Assembly: GCA_963813155.1 (NCBI GenBank)
Contig: CAWEYG010000006.1
Coordinates: 96,001 to 160,000, forward strand
Length of the DNA stretch: 64,000 nucleotides
Source of the DNA: an uncultured Acidobacteriota bacterium
GTDB taxonomy: Bacteria > Acidobacteriota > Thermoanaerobaculia > UBA5066 > DATFVB01
Direction of reading: 5' to 3'
Positions 31,275 to 41,785 of this stretch are shown here, piece by piece. The position numbers were made by a program, and so were the translations under genes. Position 1 is the first letter of the stretch, and the number at the start of each line of letters is the position of its first letter. The notes under the pieces were generated by a model. The model ran no database searches. It saw only the letters and a program-made list of their open reading frames with translations, and was not told the origin of the DNA.

Positions 31275-32069
31275 GTGCAAAAGTTGGCCTTGGCGTTCTT
31301 TCTGATGATCACTTGCGGCCCTGCTTCCGCTCAGTTGCCGGTTGCAGTTGCGGTCGTGGGGGCTGGCACTGCGGGAAACTGGGTCACGGAGATCGCGATG
31401 GCGAACCCGACAGACCATCCCCTGACCGTTCAACTCAGCTCGGTGATTCCCTACATCAGTACTCTTGGGTTGGGATGTCCCTTGAGTGAGCCTGGTTCAT
31501 TCGCGACGATTCCGGCGAACGGAACGATCACGGTGGCGGATAGCGGAATCCCGGAGTGTGAGGGAGTCCCGCCGGGCGTGCTTCACACCGTGTACATCGT
31601 TTCGTTCGAGTACCCGGATGTCATTCCCGTTGTTCGTGCACGCGCGCGCAATACGATCAATCCACAATTGACGACTGAATTGCCGACCGTGCGGATGGGA
31701 ACGATTGCGGCACTTGGAGCCACGACGCTGTATTTTCCTTCCGCTAGTCGGACCGCGGATACGCACGTGAATCTTGTCATCGCGTCGATAGTCCCCGTGG
31801 GTGGCGGCACCACCTTCTCGGCGCGCGTTGAGGCGTATTCGTCCGACGGAACGCTCTTGGGAGGAATGAACGTCTCGAATCGCGCTGGACCCGAAGGCTA
31901 CGCCCCGAACATTTTTCTCGTCGATGTTCTCGCCCAGATAGGTGTCATGACTCTCGCGGATGGTCAGATTAAGGTGACGAAGCTCTCGGGGGACGGAGCC
32001 TTGTGGGGAGGCATGGCTGTCGTCTATCCGGCTGGTGTCGTCGCCCTGAGCCCCGGCGTGAATCCATGA
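31275..32069 (+). CDS. Secreted hypothetical protein (tandem beta-sandwich-like family)
   Basis: Signal peptide; GAGTAGNWVTEIAMANP motif; GGGGAGG SD; lower GC than flanks. Confidence 0.75.
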   Translation: MQKLALAFFLMITCGPASAQLPVAVAVVGAGTAGNWVTEIAMANPTDHPLTVQLSSVIPYISTLGLGCPLSEPGSFATIPANGTITVADSGIPECEGVPPGVLHTVYIVSFEYPDVIPVVRARARNTINPQLTTELPTVRMGTIAALGATTLYFPSASRTADTHVNLVIASIVPVGGGTTFSARVEAYSSDGTLLGGMNVSNRAGPEGYAPNIFLVDVLAQIGVMTLADGQIKVTKLSGDGALWGGMAVVYPAGVVALSPGVNP

Positions 32070-32137
32070 GCCGAGATCTCGCCGGATGTTGATTGGGTTG
32101 ATTTAGATTGTCGTGGGAGGTGCCCCGGCAACGTCGC

Positions 32138-32262
32138 TCGGGCATTCCTTTGAGCGTCACGGTCGGCATCGATTCTCCAGTCCCGACAGGAATAATGGCA
32201 CAGCCGCGTCCCCTCGCGGATTTCGCGCGATATGCAGGGAGGGCGGGTTCGCAAATTGATTC
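32138..32262 (+). repeat. Copy 2 of the antitoxin 5' end/regulatory repeat (truncated antitoxin MPTVTLKGMPE on the minus strand)
   Basis: First ~45 bp near-identical to 31090-31135, then patchy similarity. Confidence 0.85.
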
Positions 32263-32340
32263 AAGGAAGCTGTTTCCCGCCTGCCAACGGTTTGGGGGGA
32301 AGGAGTATGGTGGCACCATGAGGCGAGTTGGGGGGTTCGA

Positions 32341-33168
32341 ATGAGCAGAATTCGAATTGTCTGCCTTATCGTAGGGATTGGCCTTGTTTCTCAGATGATA
32401 AGGGCGTCTGACGCCTACGTCATTTTCGTAAACGCGGTAGAGCCGCAGCTAAGGGGACAAGGACTCGGGTCCGGTAACTGGTACACGAGGCCAATGTTTT
32501 TCAACGCCAGCGATCAAGCGGTCGTGGCTCGTCTGATCGGAATCAGCAACGGCTTCACCCCTTACGACTCGTCAGATGCGGCCTTTGCTCCCGATAGTTT
32601 TCGCGAGTTTCCGGGAAAGTGGTACGCCGTCCAGCCCGCGGTTCAGCTCTGCGTGTATCACATCGATGTCCCGTCGAATGTTCTGATCTCGAATCGTCTT
32701 TTCTTCTACCGCGAAACGAACTGCGGATTTCCCGCATGCGGCCCGGGCAATAGCGGGGGGATTCCTCTACCTGTCTTTCGGTCCCTTGCGCCGGCGGGGG
32801 CTAGGCAAGTGCTTCTGGACGCCGATATGGGTGAGTCGATGTCGGTACGGAGCAACGTGACGCTGTACAACGCCGGGCAGAGCACTGCGCACGCGACGAT
32901 CGAAGTTCACATCGGGTGCGATGGAACCGTGGAGGAGTCGCAGACCGTTACCGTGGATCCCGATTCGGTCATCCAGGTCAACGCCTTTGCGACGATCGGA
33001 GTTGCCGAGACTTGCAACCCGTTCGACCTCGAGCGGGCACCTTTCGGATCGCGATATGTCACGGTCGTGATGGACCAGCCCGGTTTGTCGCTGCTCTCGG
33101 TCCTGAAGAACGGCACGTTCGACTACACGATTCCGATTGGGATCTCGGCGGGAGTGGCAAGCCCGTGA
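32341..33168 (+). CDS. Secreted hypothetical protein, same family as 31275-32069
   Basis: Signal peptide; GQGLGSGNWYTRPMFFNAS and VRSNVTLYNAG motifs. Confidence 0.75.
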   Translation: MSRIRIVCLIVGIGLVSQMIRASDAYVIFVNAVEPQLRGQGLGSGNWYTRPMFFNASDQAVVARLIGISNGFTPYDSSDAAFAPDSFREFPGKWYAVQPAVQLCVYHIDVPSNVLISNRLFFYRETNCGFPACGPGNSGGIPLPVFRSLAPAGARQVLLDADMGESMSVRSNVTLYNAGQSTAHATIEVHIGCDGTVEESQTVTVDPDSVIQVNAFATIGVAETCNPFDLERAPFGSRYVTVVMDQPGLSLLSVLKNGTFDYTIPIGISAGVASP

Positions 33169-34322
33169 AATGGAATAGGCCTGTCACTCGTCGGTACGCC
33201 TTGTTATTCGTCGTCCTGGTGACCGTGACGTCTGCCAGCGCCGTGCCGGGCAGGTGGTCGCGCCTGAGTTTCCCCGCGCCGTCAGTCTGGACCGTGGTCG
33301 TAGCCAGCCCGCCCAGCGAGGACGTCTTTGTCGCCGCAAATGCCCAGGTCGGAGGTCCCTCGATCGATGTCTACGTCAGCCACGATCGGGGACTGTCCTG
33401 GAGCGCTCTTACTCGGCCGGCTGTCGGGTTTTCCGAGCCTCCGATCATCGCGACAACTCCGGCGAACCCGAAGACAATTTACGTCGGGGCGGGCGGGTAT
33501 TCGGGAGAGACGATGGCTCGCAGCGACGACGGGGGGCAATCCTGGGTCTTGCTCGGGCCGAATAACAATGCTCAAAGGCTCTCGTCGATCGCGATCGACC
33601 CGTCGAACGCGAACCACATCTACGCCGCGTTCAATGGCCAGGGCGAGTGCGATAGCAGTGGATGTTGGAATGTCAATGCAGGCTTGTTCTTCAGCGCCGA
33701 CAGGGGAGATTCGTGGAAGGAGTTGGCTCCGGAATTCTTCGAGTCCGGCGCCACGGGCGTGGTCATCGATCCCAGGCCCCCCGGAAGCGTTTATGGCTCG
33801 TCCGTATTCGGCGTGTATGCCAGCGAGGATTCCGGCCGAGGCTGGCGAGTACTTCCAAAGTTGTACTGCTACCCTCCCGGGCTGACGCCGTACAGCCCCG
33901 GCGCCTACTCGCTCGTTCTCGCGGTTGGCGCTCGCTCGGAAATTTACGCGCAGAGCCGATGGGTCTACGAATGGGGCCCCGCTTGTATGCAGGTGCAAGT
34001 GAGCAACGAAACAGGCGGCTGGTCGCTCCTGAATTTACCGTCGAATCCCACTCTGTTCGAGATTACAGTCAACCCCTCAAATCGGGAGGAGCTTCTCGCG
34101 ACGTCCCTTTCCGGCATGTTTGTCAGCGAGAATTCGGGTGTCACGTGGCAGTCCTTTGGGAATGATCCCGGGTGGTCCCTGGGAATTTACTCCGTGAAGT
34201 TCTCGAATGATGGGAAGACGATCTATGGGGTCAGCGATTCCAGTGTTTACAGGTACGACCGCGAGGTGTCGCCGATCGGCCCTGTCGTGAATCCGATTCC
34301 CGTCGCGATCGGCGGCCGGTGA
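33165..34322 (+). CDS. Secreted BNR/Asp-box repeat beta-propeller protein
   Basis: SHDRGLSW, SDDGGQSW, SADRGDSW, SEDSGRGW, SENSGVTW; signal peptide. Confidence 0.85.
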   Translation: MKWNRPVTRRYALLFVVLVTVTSASAVPGRWSRLSFPAPSVWTVVVASPPSEDVFVAANAQVGGPSIDVYVSHDRGLSWSALTRPAVGFSEPPIIATTPANPKTIYVGAGGYSGETMARSDDGGQSWVLLGPNNNAQRLSSIAIDPSNANHIYAAFNGQGECDSSGCWNVNAGLFFSADRGDSWKELAPEFFESGATGVVIDPRPPGSVYGSSVFGVYASEDSGRGWRVLPKLYCYPPGLTPYSPGAYSLVLAVGARSEIYAQSRWVYEWGPACMQVQVSNETGGWSLLNLPSNPTLFEITVNPSNREELLATSLSGMFVSENSGVTWQSFGNDPGWSLGIYSVKFSNDGKTIYGVSDSSVYRYDREVSPIGPVVNPIPVAIGGR

Positions 34323-35893
34323 TGCGTGGCCGCGCAACACGGAAGTGGCCTTTCTTTGCGGCAGGTTGTCTCGCGTTCTTGATATCTGGCCCGGCCGTCG
34401 CTCGGGCTGCGTCCAACACCGAGGAACTGTCTCTTGTCGCCCGCGCAGCGATCTCCCGGGCGATTCGCGACCTCCACCCCGGATCGGCGAGCGCCGGGAG
34501 TGCTCAATTCTTTGAGGAAGCAAAACTGACTGCCTCGGACGGCGCGGCGAGCGACGAGCTGGGAACTTCGGTTGCCGTTTCCGGCGACACGGTCGTCGTG
34601 GGAGTCAACGGGACGAATGGCGGTACCGAGAACGCGCGGGGGGCGGCATACGTCTTCGTGAAGCCGGCCGGCGGCTGGGGAACGGCGCCTCCGCTCGAGG
34701 CGAAGCTGACCGCTTCCGATGGGGCTCCATTCGACGGGTTTGGCTGGTCGGTCGCGATTTCGGGAGACACGATCGTCGTGGGAGCGCCGTTTGCGGCGGT
34801 CAATTCCAATCTCTCCGAGGGCGCGGCTTACGTTTTCGTGAAGCCGTACCGCGGTTGGAAGACGACGTCCGCTTTCGATTCAAAACTCACTGCCTCCGAT
34901 GCTACGAGGATCACCTTCTTTGGTCTCTCGGTCGCGATTTCCGGGGGCACGGTCGTCGTGGGCGCTCCGGGGACGATGATCGGCACGTACTATGCCCAGG
35001 GCGCGGCATACTTGTTCGTTGAGCCGCCGTCGGGTTGGGCGACGACATCGGCCTTCGATGCCAAGCTGACGGCGTCGGATGGGATTCTCGCGGATCAACT
35101 TGGCGCCTCCGTCGCGATCTCCGGCGATACGGTCGTGGCAGGTACTGCAAGCACGCAGATGGGGTTGAACCCGGGGTTGGGAAAGGCCTACGTCTTCGTA
35201 AGACCTCCGGCCGGCTGGGCCACGACGTCCGAATTTCAGGCAAAGCTCACCGCTTCCGATGGAGTCCCCGGGGATTACTTCGGTTCGCCCGTCGCGACGA
35301 GCGGCGACGCCGTCATCGTCGGCGCCCCGGGGGCCGGGCCGGGCGGCATCGAAGCGGAGGGCGCGGCGTATGTGTTTGCGAGGCCAACCGGAGGATGGAA
35401 GAGCTCGACCGAGGACGCGAGGCTGACGCCGTCCGACGGCGGCGTACTCGACTACTTCGGCACTTCCGTCGGGATCTCCGGCGGCACAGTGGTGATCGGG
35501 GCGCTGCAGGCTATGGTGGCGGGCGAACCCTCGGCTGCGGGTTTCAGCTCCGAGGCGCAAACGGCCTACCTCAACTCGGGGTTGGGCGTGGCCTATGTCT
35601 TCGTAAAGCCGACCTCGGGATGGTCGACGACTTCGCAATTCAATGCGAAAGTGTCGGCAGCTGACGAGTTGATGACCGCGTCCCGGTTTGGAAATGGGTT
35701 CGGTTCGTCCGTCGGATTTTCGGGCGATACGCTGGTCGTGGGCGCGCCGGCTGGAGACGTCGGGTCGAATCCCTATCAGGGCGCGGCATACGTGTTCGAG
35801 CGCTGTCCGTCGGCGAGTGGGCCGGGAGGGCCCCCGTGCATCCAGAGCCTCGACCCGCCTTCGCCGGCTCCGATGAAGGGCCGACAACCCTGA
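34322..35893 (+). CDS. Secreted FG-GAP repeat (integrin-alpha-like) beta-propeller protein
   Basis: About 7 repeats of KLTASDG...FG.SVAISGDT.VVGAP...GAAYVF. Confidence 0.9.
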   Translation: MRGRATRKWPFFAAGCLAFLISGPAVARAASNTEELSLVARAAISRAIRDLHPGSASAGSAQFFEEAKLTASDGAASDELGTSVAVSGDTVVVGVNGTNGGTENARGAAYVFVKPAGGWGTAPPLEAKLTASDGAPFDGFGWSVAISGDTIVVGAPFAAVNSNLSEGAAYVFVKPYRGWKTTSAFDSKLTASDATRITFFGLSVAISGGTVVVGAPGTMIGTYYAQGAAYLFVEPPSGWATTSAFDAKLTASDGILADQLGASVAISGDTVVAGTASTQMGLNPGLGKAYVFVRPPAGWATTSEFQAKLTASDGVPGDYFGSPVATSGDAVIVGAPGAGPGGIEAEGAAYVFARPTGGWKSSTEDARLTPSDGGVLDYFGTSVGISGGTVVIGALQAMVAGEPSAAGFSSEAQTAYLNSGLGVAYVFVKPTSGWSTTSQFNAKVSAADELMTASRFGNGFGSSVGFSGDTLVVGAPAGDVGSNPYQGAAYVFERCPSASGPGGPPCIQSLDPPSPAPMKGRQP

Positions 35894-35897
35894 TCCC

Positions 35898-36544
35898 CTA
35901 CGAATTCCTCAAATAAAACGACAGCGTCTCGAGGTTGATCTTCAGGTCCACGTTCTTCAGGAAGACGTTCTCCGGGGCTTTCAGCTGGACGGGCGCGAAG
36001 TTCAGGATCGCGCGGATCTTCGCGGCGACGAGCGCGTCGATCGTGGCCCGCGCGGCTTCGGCCGGAACGGCGATCACGCCGATGTCCACCCGGTGGCGCG
36101 CCGCGAAGTCGGGGATCGCGTCCGCGCGAGAACGGGGATGCCCGTCTTCAACTTCGTGCCGATCTTCGCGGGGTCGACGTCGAACAGCGCGACGATCTTG
36201 AAGCCGCCGGAGTTGAACCCTCCGTACGCTGCGAGCGCGAGGCCGAGGTGCCCCGCCCCGCACAGGATCACGGTCTTCTCCGAGTCGATGCCGAGCAGCT
36301 GGATGAGGTGGCTCTTCAGCGTCGCGACGTCGTAGCCGACCCCCCGGATCCCGAACTCGCCGAACATCGCGAGATCCTTTCGGATTTGAGCGGAGTTCAG
36401 GTGGAACCGCTTCGCGAAATCGTGCGAAGAGACCGTGCGGACTCCGTCGGCCTCGAGCGCTTGAAGCCCGCGGAGGTAGAGCGACAGCCGGCGGGCCGTG
36501 ACTTCGGAAACGCTCTCGGACCCGGCCGGGGGACGGCGGCTCAT
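35898..36544 (-). CDS. rex: Redox-sensing transcriptional repressor Rex; frameshift near 36125
   Basis: RRLSLYLR, SAQIRKDLAMFGEFGIRGVGY, GAGHLG, ILNFAP. Confidence 0.93.
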
Positions 36545-38001
36545 GGGCGGAGGTGCGGGAGGAACCGGGACGCGACGGAGGCGAGGTCGAGGACGCGCGA
36601 CGGGAAGATCCCGATTGCGAGCGTTCCGAGGCCGCACAGGAGGATCGCGAGGCGGCTCTCCGGGGCGAGAGGGGCCGCGGCTTCTCCCTCGATCGGTTCC
36701 CGCATGTAGAGGACGTACACGACGCGCAGGTAGTACCCGAGCGAGACGAGGCTGTTCGCGACGCCGACGAGGGCCAGCCACAGGAAACCACCCTCGATCG
36801 CCGCCTTGAAGACGAAGAACTTTCCGATGAACCCCGCGGTCGCGGGAATGCCGCCGAGCGAGATCATGCAGATCGCGAGCACGAACGCCGTCAGCGGTGC
36901 CGTCCGGCCCGCGCCGGCGTACAGGCCGATCGAATGGGGCTTCGTCTCGTCTCGGGACAGGGCCGCGACGCAGGCGAACGCCCCGACGTTCGCGAATGCG
37001 TACGCGAAGAGATAAACGAGCACGGCCGCGAAGGCCTCGCGCCCGAACACGGCGAGAGCGATGCCGACGTAGCCCATGTGCGCGATCCCGGAGTAGGCGA
37101 GAAGCCGCTTGATGTCCCTCTGGGCGAGCGCGACGAGGTTTCCGAGGCACATCGAGAGCACCGCGAGCGCGGCGAGTGCGGTCTGAAACCGCAGGGGGAG
37201 AGCGCCCCCGAAGACCGCGGCGAAGACTCGAAAGAGGACGATCAGGGCGGCCCCCTTCGGCGCGACGGACAGGAACGCGACGGCCGGCGTCGGCATGCCG
37301 GCATACACGTCGGGGGCCCACGCGTGGAACGGCGCGAGCGCGATCTTGAACCCGAACCCGGCGAGCAGGAACACGAGGCCGGCGGTCAGGAGAGGATCGG
37401 ACGCGAGCGGGCCTCCGAATCCGGTGATCCTCGTCGTTCCGAGCTTCCCGAAGAGGATCGCGATTCCCAGGAGCGTGAACGACGACGCGAACGCGCCGGT
37501 GAGGAAATACTTCAGGCCCGCTTCGGCGGAGGCCGCGGACTTTCGGAAAAACGCCGCGAGGATGTAAAAGCACAGGGAAAACGTCTCGAGGCCGAGAAAA
37601 ATCACGAGGAGGTCGAGGCCGCGCGCCATCAGCGAAACGCCGACGATCCCCCACAGAAGGAGGGGGTAGAACTCGCCACCCGCGGGGATCCAGCCCGCCC
37701 GGACGGCCGCGTCGAGGTAGGGACGCGCGATCAGGAGCGTGAGCACGGCCGCGAGTCCGGCAAAGAGGCCGAAGACCCGCGCGAGCACGGAGGAATCGAA
37801 CGTTCCCGAGAACGTGGAGCCGCCGGGAAGCCTCTCCAGGAGAACGAGGTATCCGCCGACCGCGAGGATCGAAATCGCCGCGAACGCGCGCCGGCTCGAG
37901 GGGATGAACGCCTCGAGCAGGAGCAGAACGCAGCCGGCGGCCGCGAGGACAATCTCGGGCGCGACGCTCGCGAGGTCACCCGGGAAAAGCGCGGGGATCA
38001 T
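36541..38001 (-). CDS. nuoN: NADH-quinone oxidoreductase subunit N
   Basis: EAGLKYF, FKIALAPFHAWAPDVY, KRLLAYSGIAH, GIPATAGFIGKF. Confidence 0.95.
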   Translation of the reverse strand: MIPALFPGDLASVAPEIVLAAAGCVLLLLEAFIPSSRRAFAAISILAVGGYLVLLERLPGGSTFSGTFDSSVLARVFGLFAGLAAVLTLLIARPYLDAAVRAGWIPAGGEFYPLLLWGIVGVSLMARGLDLLVIFLGLETFSLCFYILAAFFRKSAASAEAGLKYFLTGAFASSFTLLGIAILFGKLGTTRITGFGGPLASDPLLTAGLVFLLAGFGFKIALAPFHAWAPDVYAGMPTPAVAFLSVAPKGAALIVLFRVFAAVFGGALPLRFQTALAALAVLSMCLGNLVALAQRDIKRLLAYSGIAHMGYVGIALAVFGREAFAAVLVYLFAYAFANVGAFACVAALSRDETKPHSIGLYAGAGRTAPLTAFVLAICMISLGGIPATAGFIGKFFVFKAAIEGGFLWLALVGVANSLVSLGYYLRVVYVLYMREPIEGEAAAPLAPESRLAILLCGLGTLAIGIFPSRVLDLASVASRFLPHLRP

Positions 38002-39521
38002 CGGGGCCCCAGCGACATCGCGGCCTTCGAATGGACGAACGCGAGCAGCTCGTCCACGGAGCCGTGGATCTTGTCGAGGAAGAAATTCGGCGCGATGCCG
38101 ATCCAGACCATGCACAGGATGAGCGCGACCGCGCCGATCAGCTCGGAGCGCCGGATATCCGGAAGGTTCTTGTTCTCCTCGTTCTTCAAGGGGGTCCAGA
38201 AGACGCGTTGCACGAGCGTCAGAAGGTAGATCGCGGAAAGGACCATTCCGGCCGTCCCCGCGACCGCCCACCACTTCGGAACGTGGGGCGCGTTGAACGT
38301 TCCGTTCAGGATCAGGAACTCGCCGACGAAGCCGTTCAGGCCGGGAAGGCCGATCGAGGCGAGCGCGGAGATGACGAAGAGCGTCGCGGTGACCGGCACG
38401 ACGCGGGCGATACCGCCGTAGGCGGAGATCTCCCGGGTGTGGCGCCTTTCATACAGGACGCCGACGAGAAGGAAGAGCGCGCCCGTCGAGAGGCCGTGGT
38501 TCACGCTCTGGAGCACGGCGCCGGTCGTCGACAGGCTCGTCAAAGCCGCGATCCCGAGCATGACGAGGCCCAGGTGCGCGACCGAGGAATAGGCCACGAG
38601 GCGCTTCATGTCCGTCTGGGCGAAGGCGACCATCGACCCGTAGACGATCCCGATCACCGACAGCAGGGCGAGCCACGGGGCGAACTTGAGAGCGGCGTGC
38701 GGAAACAGGGGAAGCGAAAACCGCAAATACCCGTACACGCCGAGCTTCAGCAGCACGCCCGCGAGGATGATCGAGCCGGCCGTCGGGGCCTCGGTGTGCG
38801 CGTCGGGCAGCCACGTGTGCAGCGGGAAGACCGGCACCTTCACGAGAAACGCGATCGAGAACGCGAAGAACAGAAGCATCTGGGCCGGCATCGGGAAGCT
38901 CAGCCGGTAGAAATCCTGGAGCGCGAAGGTCCAGGTTCCGGTCGCCCGGTGGTACTGGATCGCCATGAACAGGATGCCGAGCGACATGAGGAGCGATCCG
39001 GCCATCGTGAAAAGGAAGAACTTGACCGCGGCGTAGATTCGCCGCGTTCCGCCCCAGATCCCGATGATGAAATACATCGGGACGAGCATGATTTCCCAGA
39101 AAAAATAGAACAGGACCAGGTCGAGCGACGCGAGGGATCCGAGCATGCCCGTCTCGAGAACGAGGAACGACGCGACGAAGCCGCGGACGCTCTGCCGGAC
39201 GTGCCCGATCGAGAAGAGCAGCGCGATCGGCGTGAGCAGCGTCGTCAGCAGCACAAGGAGCAGGGAAATCCCGTCGATGCCGATCGAGTACGAAATGCCG
39301 AACGCGGGAATCCACGCCGCGTGCTCCTCGAACTGAAATCCCGACGCGCGAGGGTCGAAACCGGTCCAGAACCCGATCGAGAGGAGAAACGTTGCGACGG
39401 AAATGACGATGCCGGCCGTGCGGATCTCGGTCGACGCGCGCGCGGGGAAAATCGCGATCAGCGCCGCCCCCGCGGCGGGAAGGAAGATGACCCAGGTCAG
39501 GAGGTGCGGGACGGCGCTCAA
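37998..39521 (-). CDS. nuoM: NADH-quinone oxidoreductase subunit M
   Basis: GIDGISL, FWEIMLVP, KVPVFPLHTWLPDAH, KRLVAYSSVAH, GFVGE. Confidence 0.95.
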   Translation of the reverse strand: MSAVPHLLTWVIFLPAAGAALIAIFPARASTEIRTAGIVISVATFLLSIGFWTGFDPRASGFQFEEHAAWIPAFGISYSIGIDGISLLLVLLTTLLTPIALLFSIGHVRQSVRGFVASFLVLETGMLGSLASLDLVLFYFFWEIMLVPMYFIIGIWGGTRRIYAAVKFFLFTMAGSLLMSLGILFMAIQYHRATGTWTFALQDFYRLSFPMPAQMLLFFAFSIAFLVKVPVFPLHTWLPDAHTEAPTAGSIILAGVLLKLGVYGYLRFSLPLFPHAALKFAPWLALLSVIGIVYGSMVAFAQTDMKRLVAYSSVAHLGLVMLGIAALTSLSTTGAVLQSVNHGLSTGALFLLVGVLYERRHTREISAYGGIARVVPVTATLFVISALASIGLPGLNGFVGEFLILNGTFNAPHVPKWWAVAGTAGMVLSAIYLLTLVQRVFWTPLKNEENKNLPDIRRSELIGAVALILCMVWIGIAPNFFLDKIHGSVDELLAFVHSKAAMSLGPR

Positions 39522-41468
39522 CGTCCCACCGCCGCGAGGCTTCCGAAGCCGAGGTACGCGAGCAGGGCCACGATCCCGAGCAGGAACGTCAGCGCGTAGT
39601 TCCGGACGTTGCCCGTCGTGAAGAATCGGAGGAGATCGCCCGCCAGCTCGACGAGAAACGACCCGGCGTTGATGAACCCGTCGATCAGGAGCACGTCGAC
39701 GATCTTCCAGAATCCGCGCGAAAGCGCCCGGAAGGGACGGTAGAGAATGCGCTCGTACAGCTCGTCGATCCGGAACTTGTCCCGGACGAGCTGCGCAAAC
39801 CCCGGAAATGCGCGGGTAAATCGCCCGGGAATCTCTTCGGCCTCCGGGCCTGCATAGCAGCGCTTCGCGACCGCCCAGCCCACCGCCGCGATCGCGACGG
39901 ACGCGCCGATGAGCGCGATTTCCACGCCGCGGGACAGCTCCGCGGGTTCGGCCGCGCCGGCCATCGGCGGGACGATGCCGTCCAGGAACCGGTGGAAGAG
40001 GTTTGCTCGCGCGCCCAGGAATCGCGGCAACCCGAGGAGTCCGCCGACCGTCGAAAGGACTCCGAGGACGGCCAGGGGCACCGTCATCGCGGCGGGCGAC
40101 TCGTGGAGGTGGTGGCGCTGTTCGTCGGTCCCGCGGAACTCGCCGAAGAACGTCCGGTAGAGAAGGCGAAACATGTAGAACGACGTGATGCCGGCGGCGA
40201 GAAAGCCCACGGCCCACAGCGCGGGGCTCTTCGCGTACGCGGCGCCGAGGATTTCGTCCTTCGAGAAGAACCCCGCCCAGATGGGGATTCCGGCGATCGC
40301 GAGCGTCGCCGCGAGAAACGTCCAGAACGTCACGGGCAGCGCCTTTCGCAGGCCGCCCATCCGCAGGGTGTTCTGCTCGCCGCCCATCGCGTGGATCACG
40401 GACCCCGCGCCAAGAAAGAGCAACGCTTTGAAGAACGCGTGCGTGAGGACGTGGAAGATCCCGGCCACGAACGCCCCGACGCCGCAGGCGAGGAACATGT
40501 ACCCCAGCTGGGAGATCGTCGAATAGGCGAGGACCTTCTTGATGTCGTCCTGGGCCGTCCCGATGATCGCGGCGAAGATCGCGGTCGCCGCCCCGACGAT
40601 CGCGACGATCGCCATTGCGCCGGGGGAGAGGCGGAACAGGACGTTGCTTCGGACGACGACGTACACGCCCGCCGTGACCATCGTGGCCGCGTGGATCAGC
40701 GCGGAGACGGGCGTCGGGCCGGCCATCGCGTCGGGCAGCCACACGTAGAGGGGGATCTGCGCGCTCTTGCCGCAGGCGCCGACGAACAGCAACAGCGCGA
40801 TCGCCGTCGTCGCCGGCGCGAACCGGAGAGGGTCGGCGGCGGCCATCGGGAAGATCTTTCCGAAATCGAGAGAGCCGAAGCTCCCGAGGATGAGGAAGAG
40901 CGCGATGACGAAGCCGAAATCGCCGACGCGGTTCGTCACGAACGCCTTGCGGCCGGCCCGCGCCGCATCCTCCTTCAGGTAGTCGAACGCGATCAGGAGG
41001 TACGAGCAGAGGCCCACGCCTTCCCAGCCGACGAAGAGGAGAAGGAAGTTGTCGGCGAGCACGAGCGTCAACATCGCGGCCATGAAGAGGTTCAGGTATG
41101 AGAAGAACCGCCAGTACCCCTCGTCCTCGTGCATGTATCCGACGGAGTACACGTGGATCAGGAAGCCGACGAACGTCACGAAAGAGAGCATGACGGCCGA
41201 CAGGGGATCCAGCCGCATCGCGAAATCGACGGAGAAGTCGCCCGCGCGGATCCACGACCCGTACCGCTCGACGACGGGAGCCGCGTTGCCGGCGAAGACG
41301 GCCGCCGCATAGGGAACGAGGCGCGCGTAGGCCGCGACGGTCGCGAGCCCGACCGACCCCGCTCCGCACGCCGTCACGAAGCCCTTTCCGAGCTTCCGGC
41401 CGAAGAGGCCGCACAGGAGGAATCCCGCGAGGGGGACGAGCGGAATCGAGGCACAGCGGCAGGCTCAT
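39518..41468 (-). CDS. nuoL: NADH-quinone oxidoreductase subunit L; frameshift near 41447
   Basis: GWEGVG, NRVGD, GKSAQIPL..WLPDAMAGPTPVSALIH, HAFFKA. Confidence 0.95.
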
Positions 41469-41472
41469 TCGC

Positions 41473-41778
41473 TCACCACTTCAGGAGGTTGATCTTGTTC
41501 ACGTCGATTGTCTCGTTGTGCCGGAAGACGTTGACGAAGATCGCGAGCCCGACGGCCGCTTCTGCGGCCGCGACGACGATCGCGAAGAAGACGACGATCT
41601 GGCCCGAATAGCCGCCGACGGCCTGCCCGTATCCCGCGAGGGCCAGGTTCGCGCCGTTCAACATCAGCTCGATGGAGAGGAAGATCGTGATCGCGTTGCG
41701 GCGCAGCAGCGCCCCGGCGAGGCCGAGGCAGAAAAGCGCGGCCGAAACGAAGAGAACGTCTGTCAGCGGAACCCTCAT
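41473..41778 (-). CDS. nuoK: NADH-quinone oxidoreductase subunit K
   Basis: RRNAI, IELMLN, AAAEAAVGLAI. Confidence 0.95.
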   Translation of the reverse strand: MRVPLTDVLFVSAALFCLGLAGALLRRNAITIFLSIELMLNGANLALAGYGQAVGGYSGQIVVFFAIVVAAAEAAVGLAIFVNVFRHNETIDVNKINLLKW

Positions 41779-41785
41779 CGCCCGC

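Noticed and set aside
34500-35800. DNA tandem repeats as a non-coding array
   Set aside because: Fully explained by FG-GAP protein repeats.
30496-35893. Integron cassette array or prophage
   Set aside because: No integrase, attC-like GTTRRRY palindromes or phage genes were seen, and the last three genes overlap as an operon.
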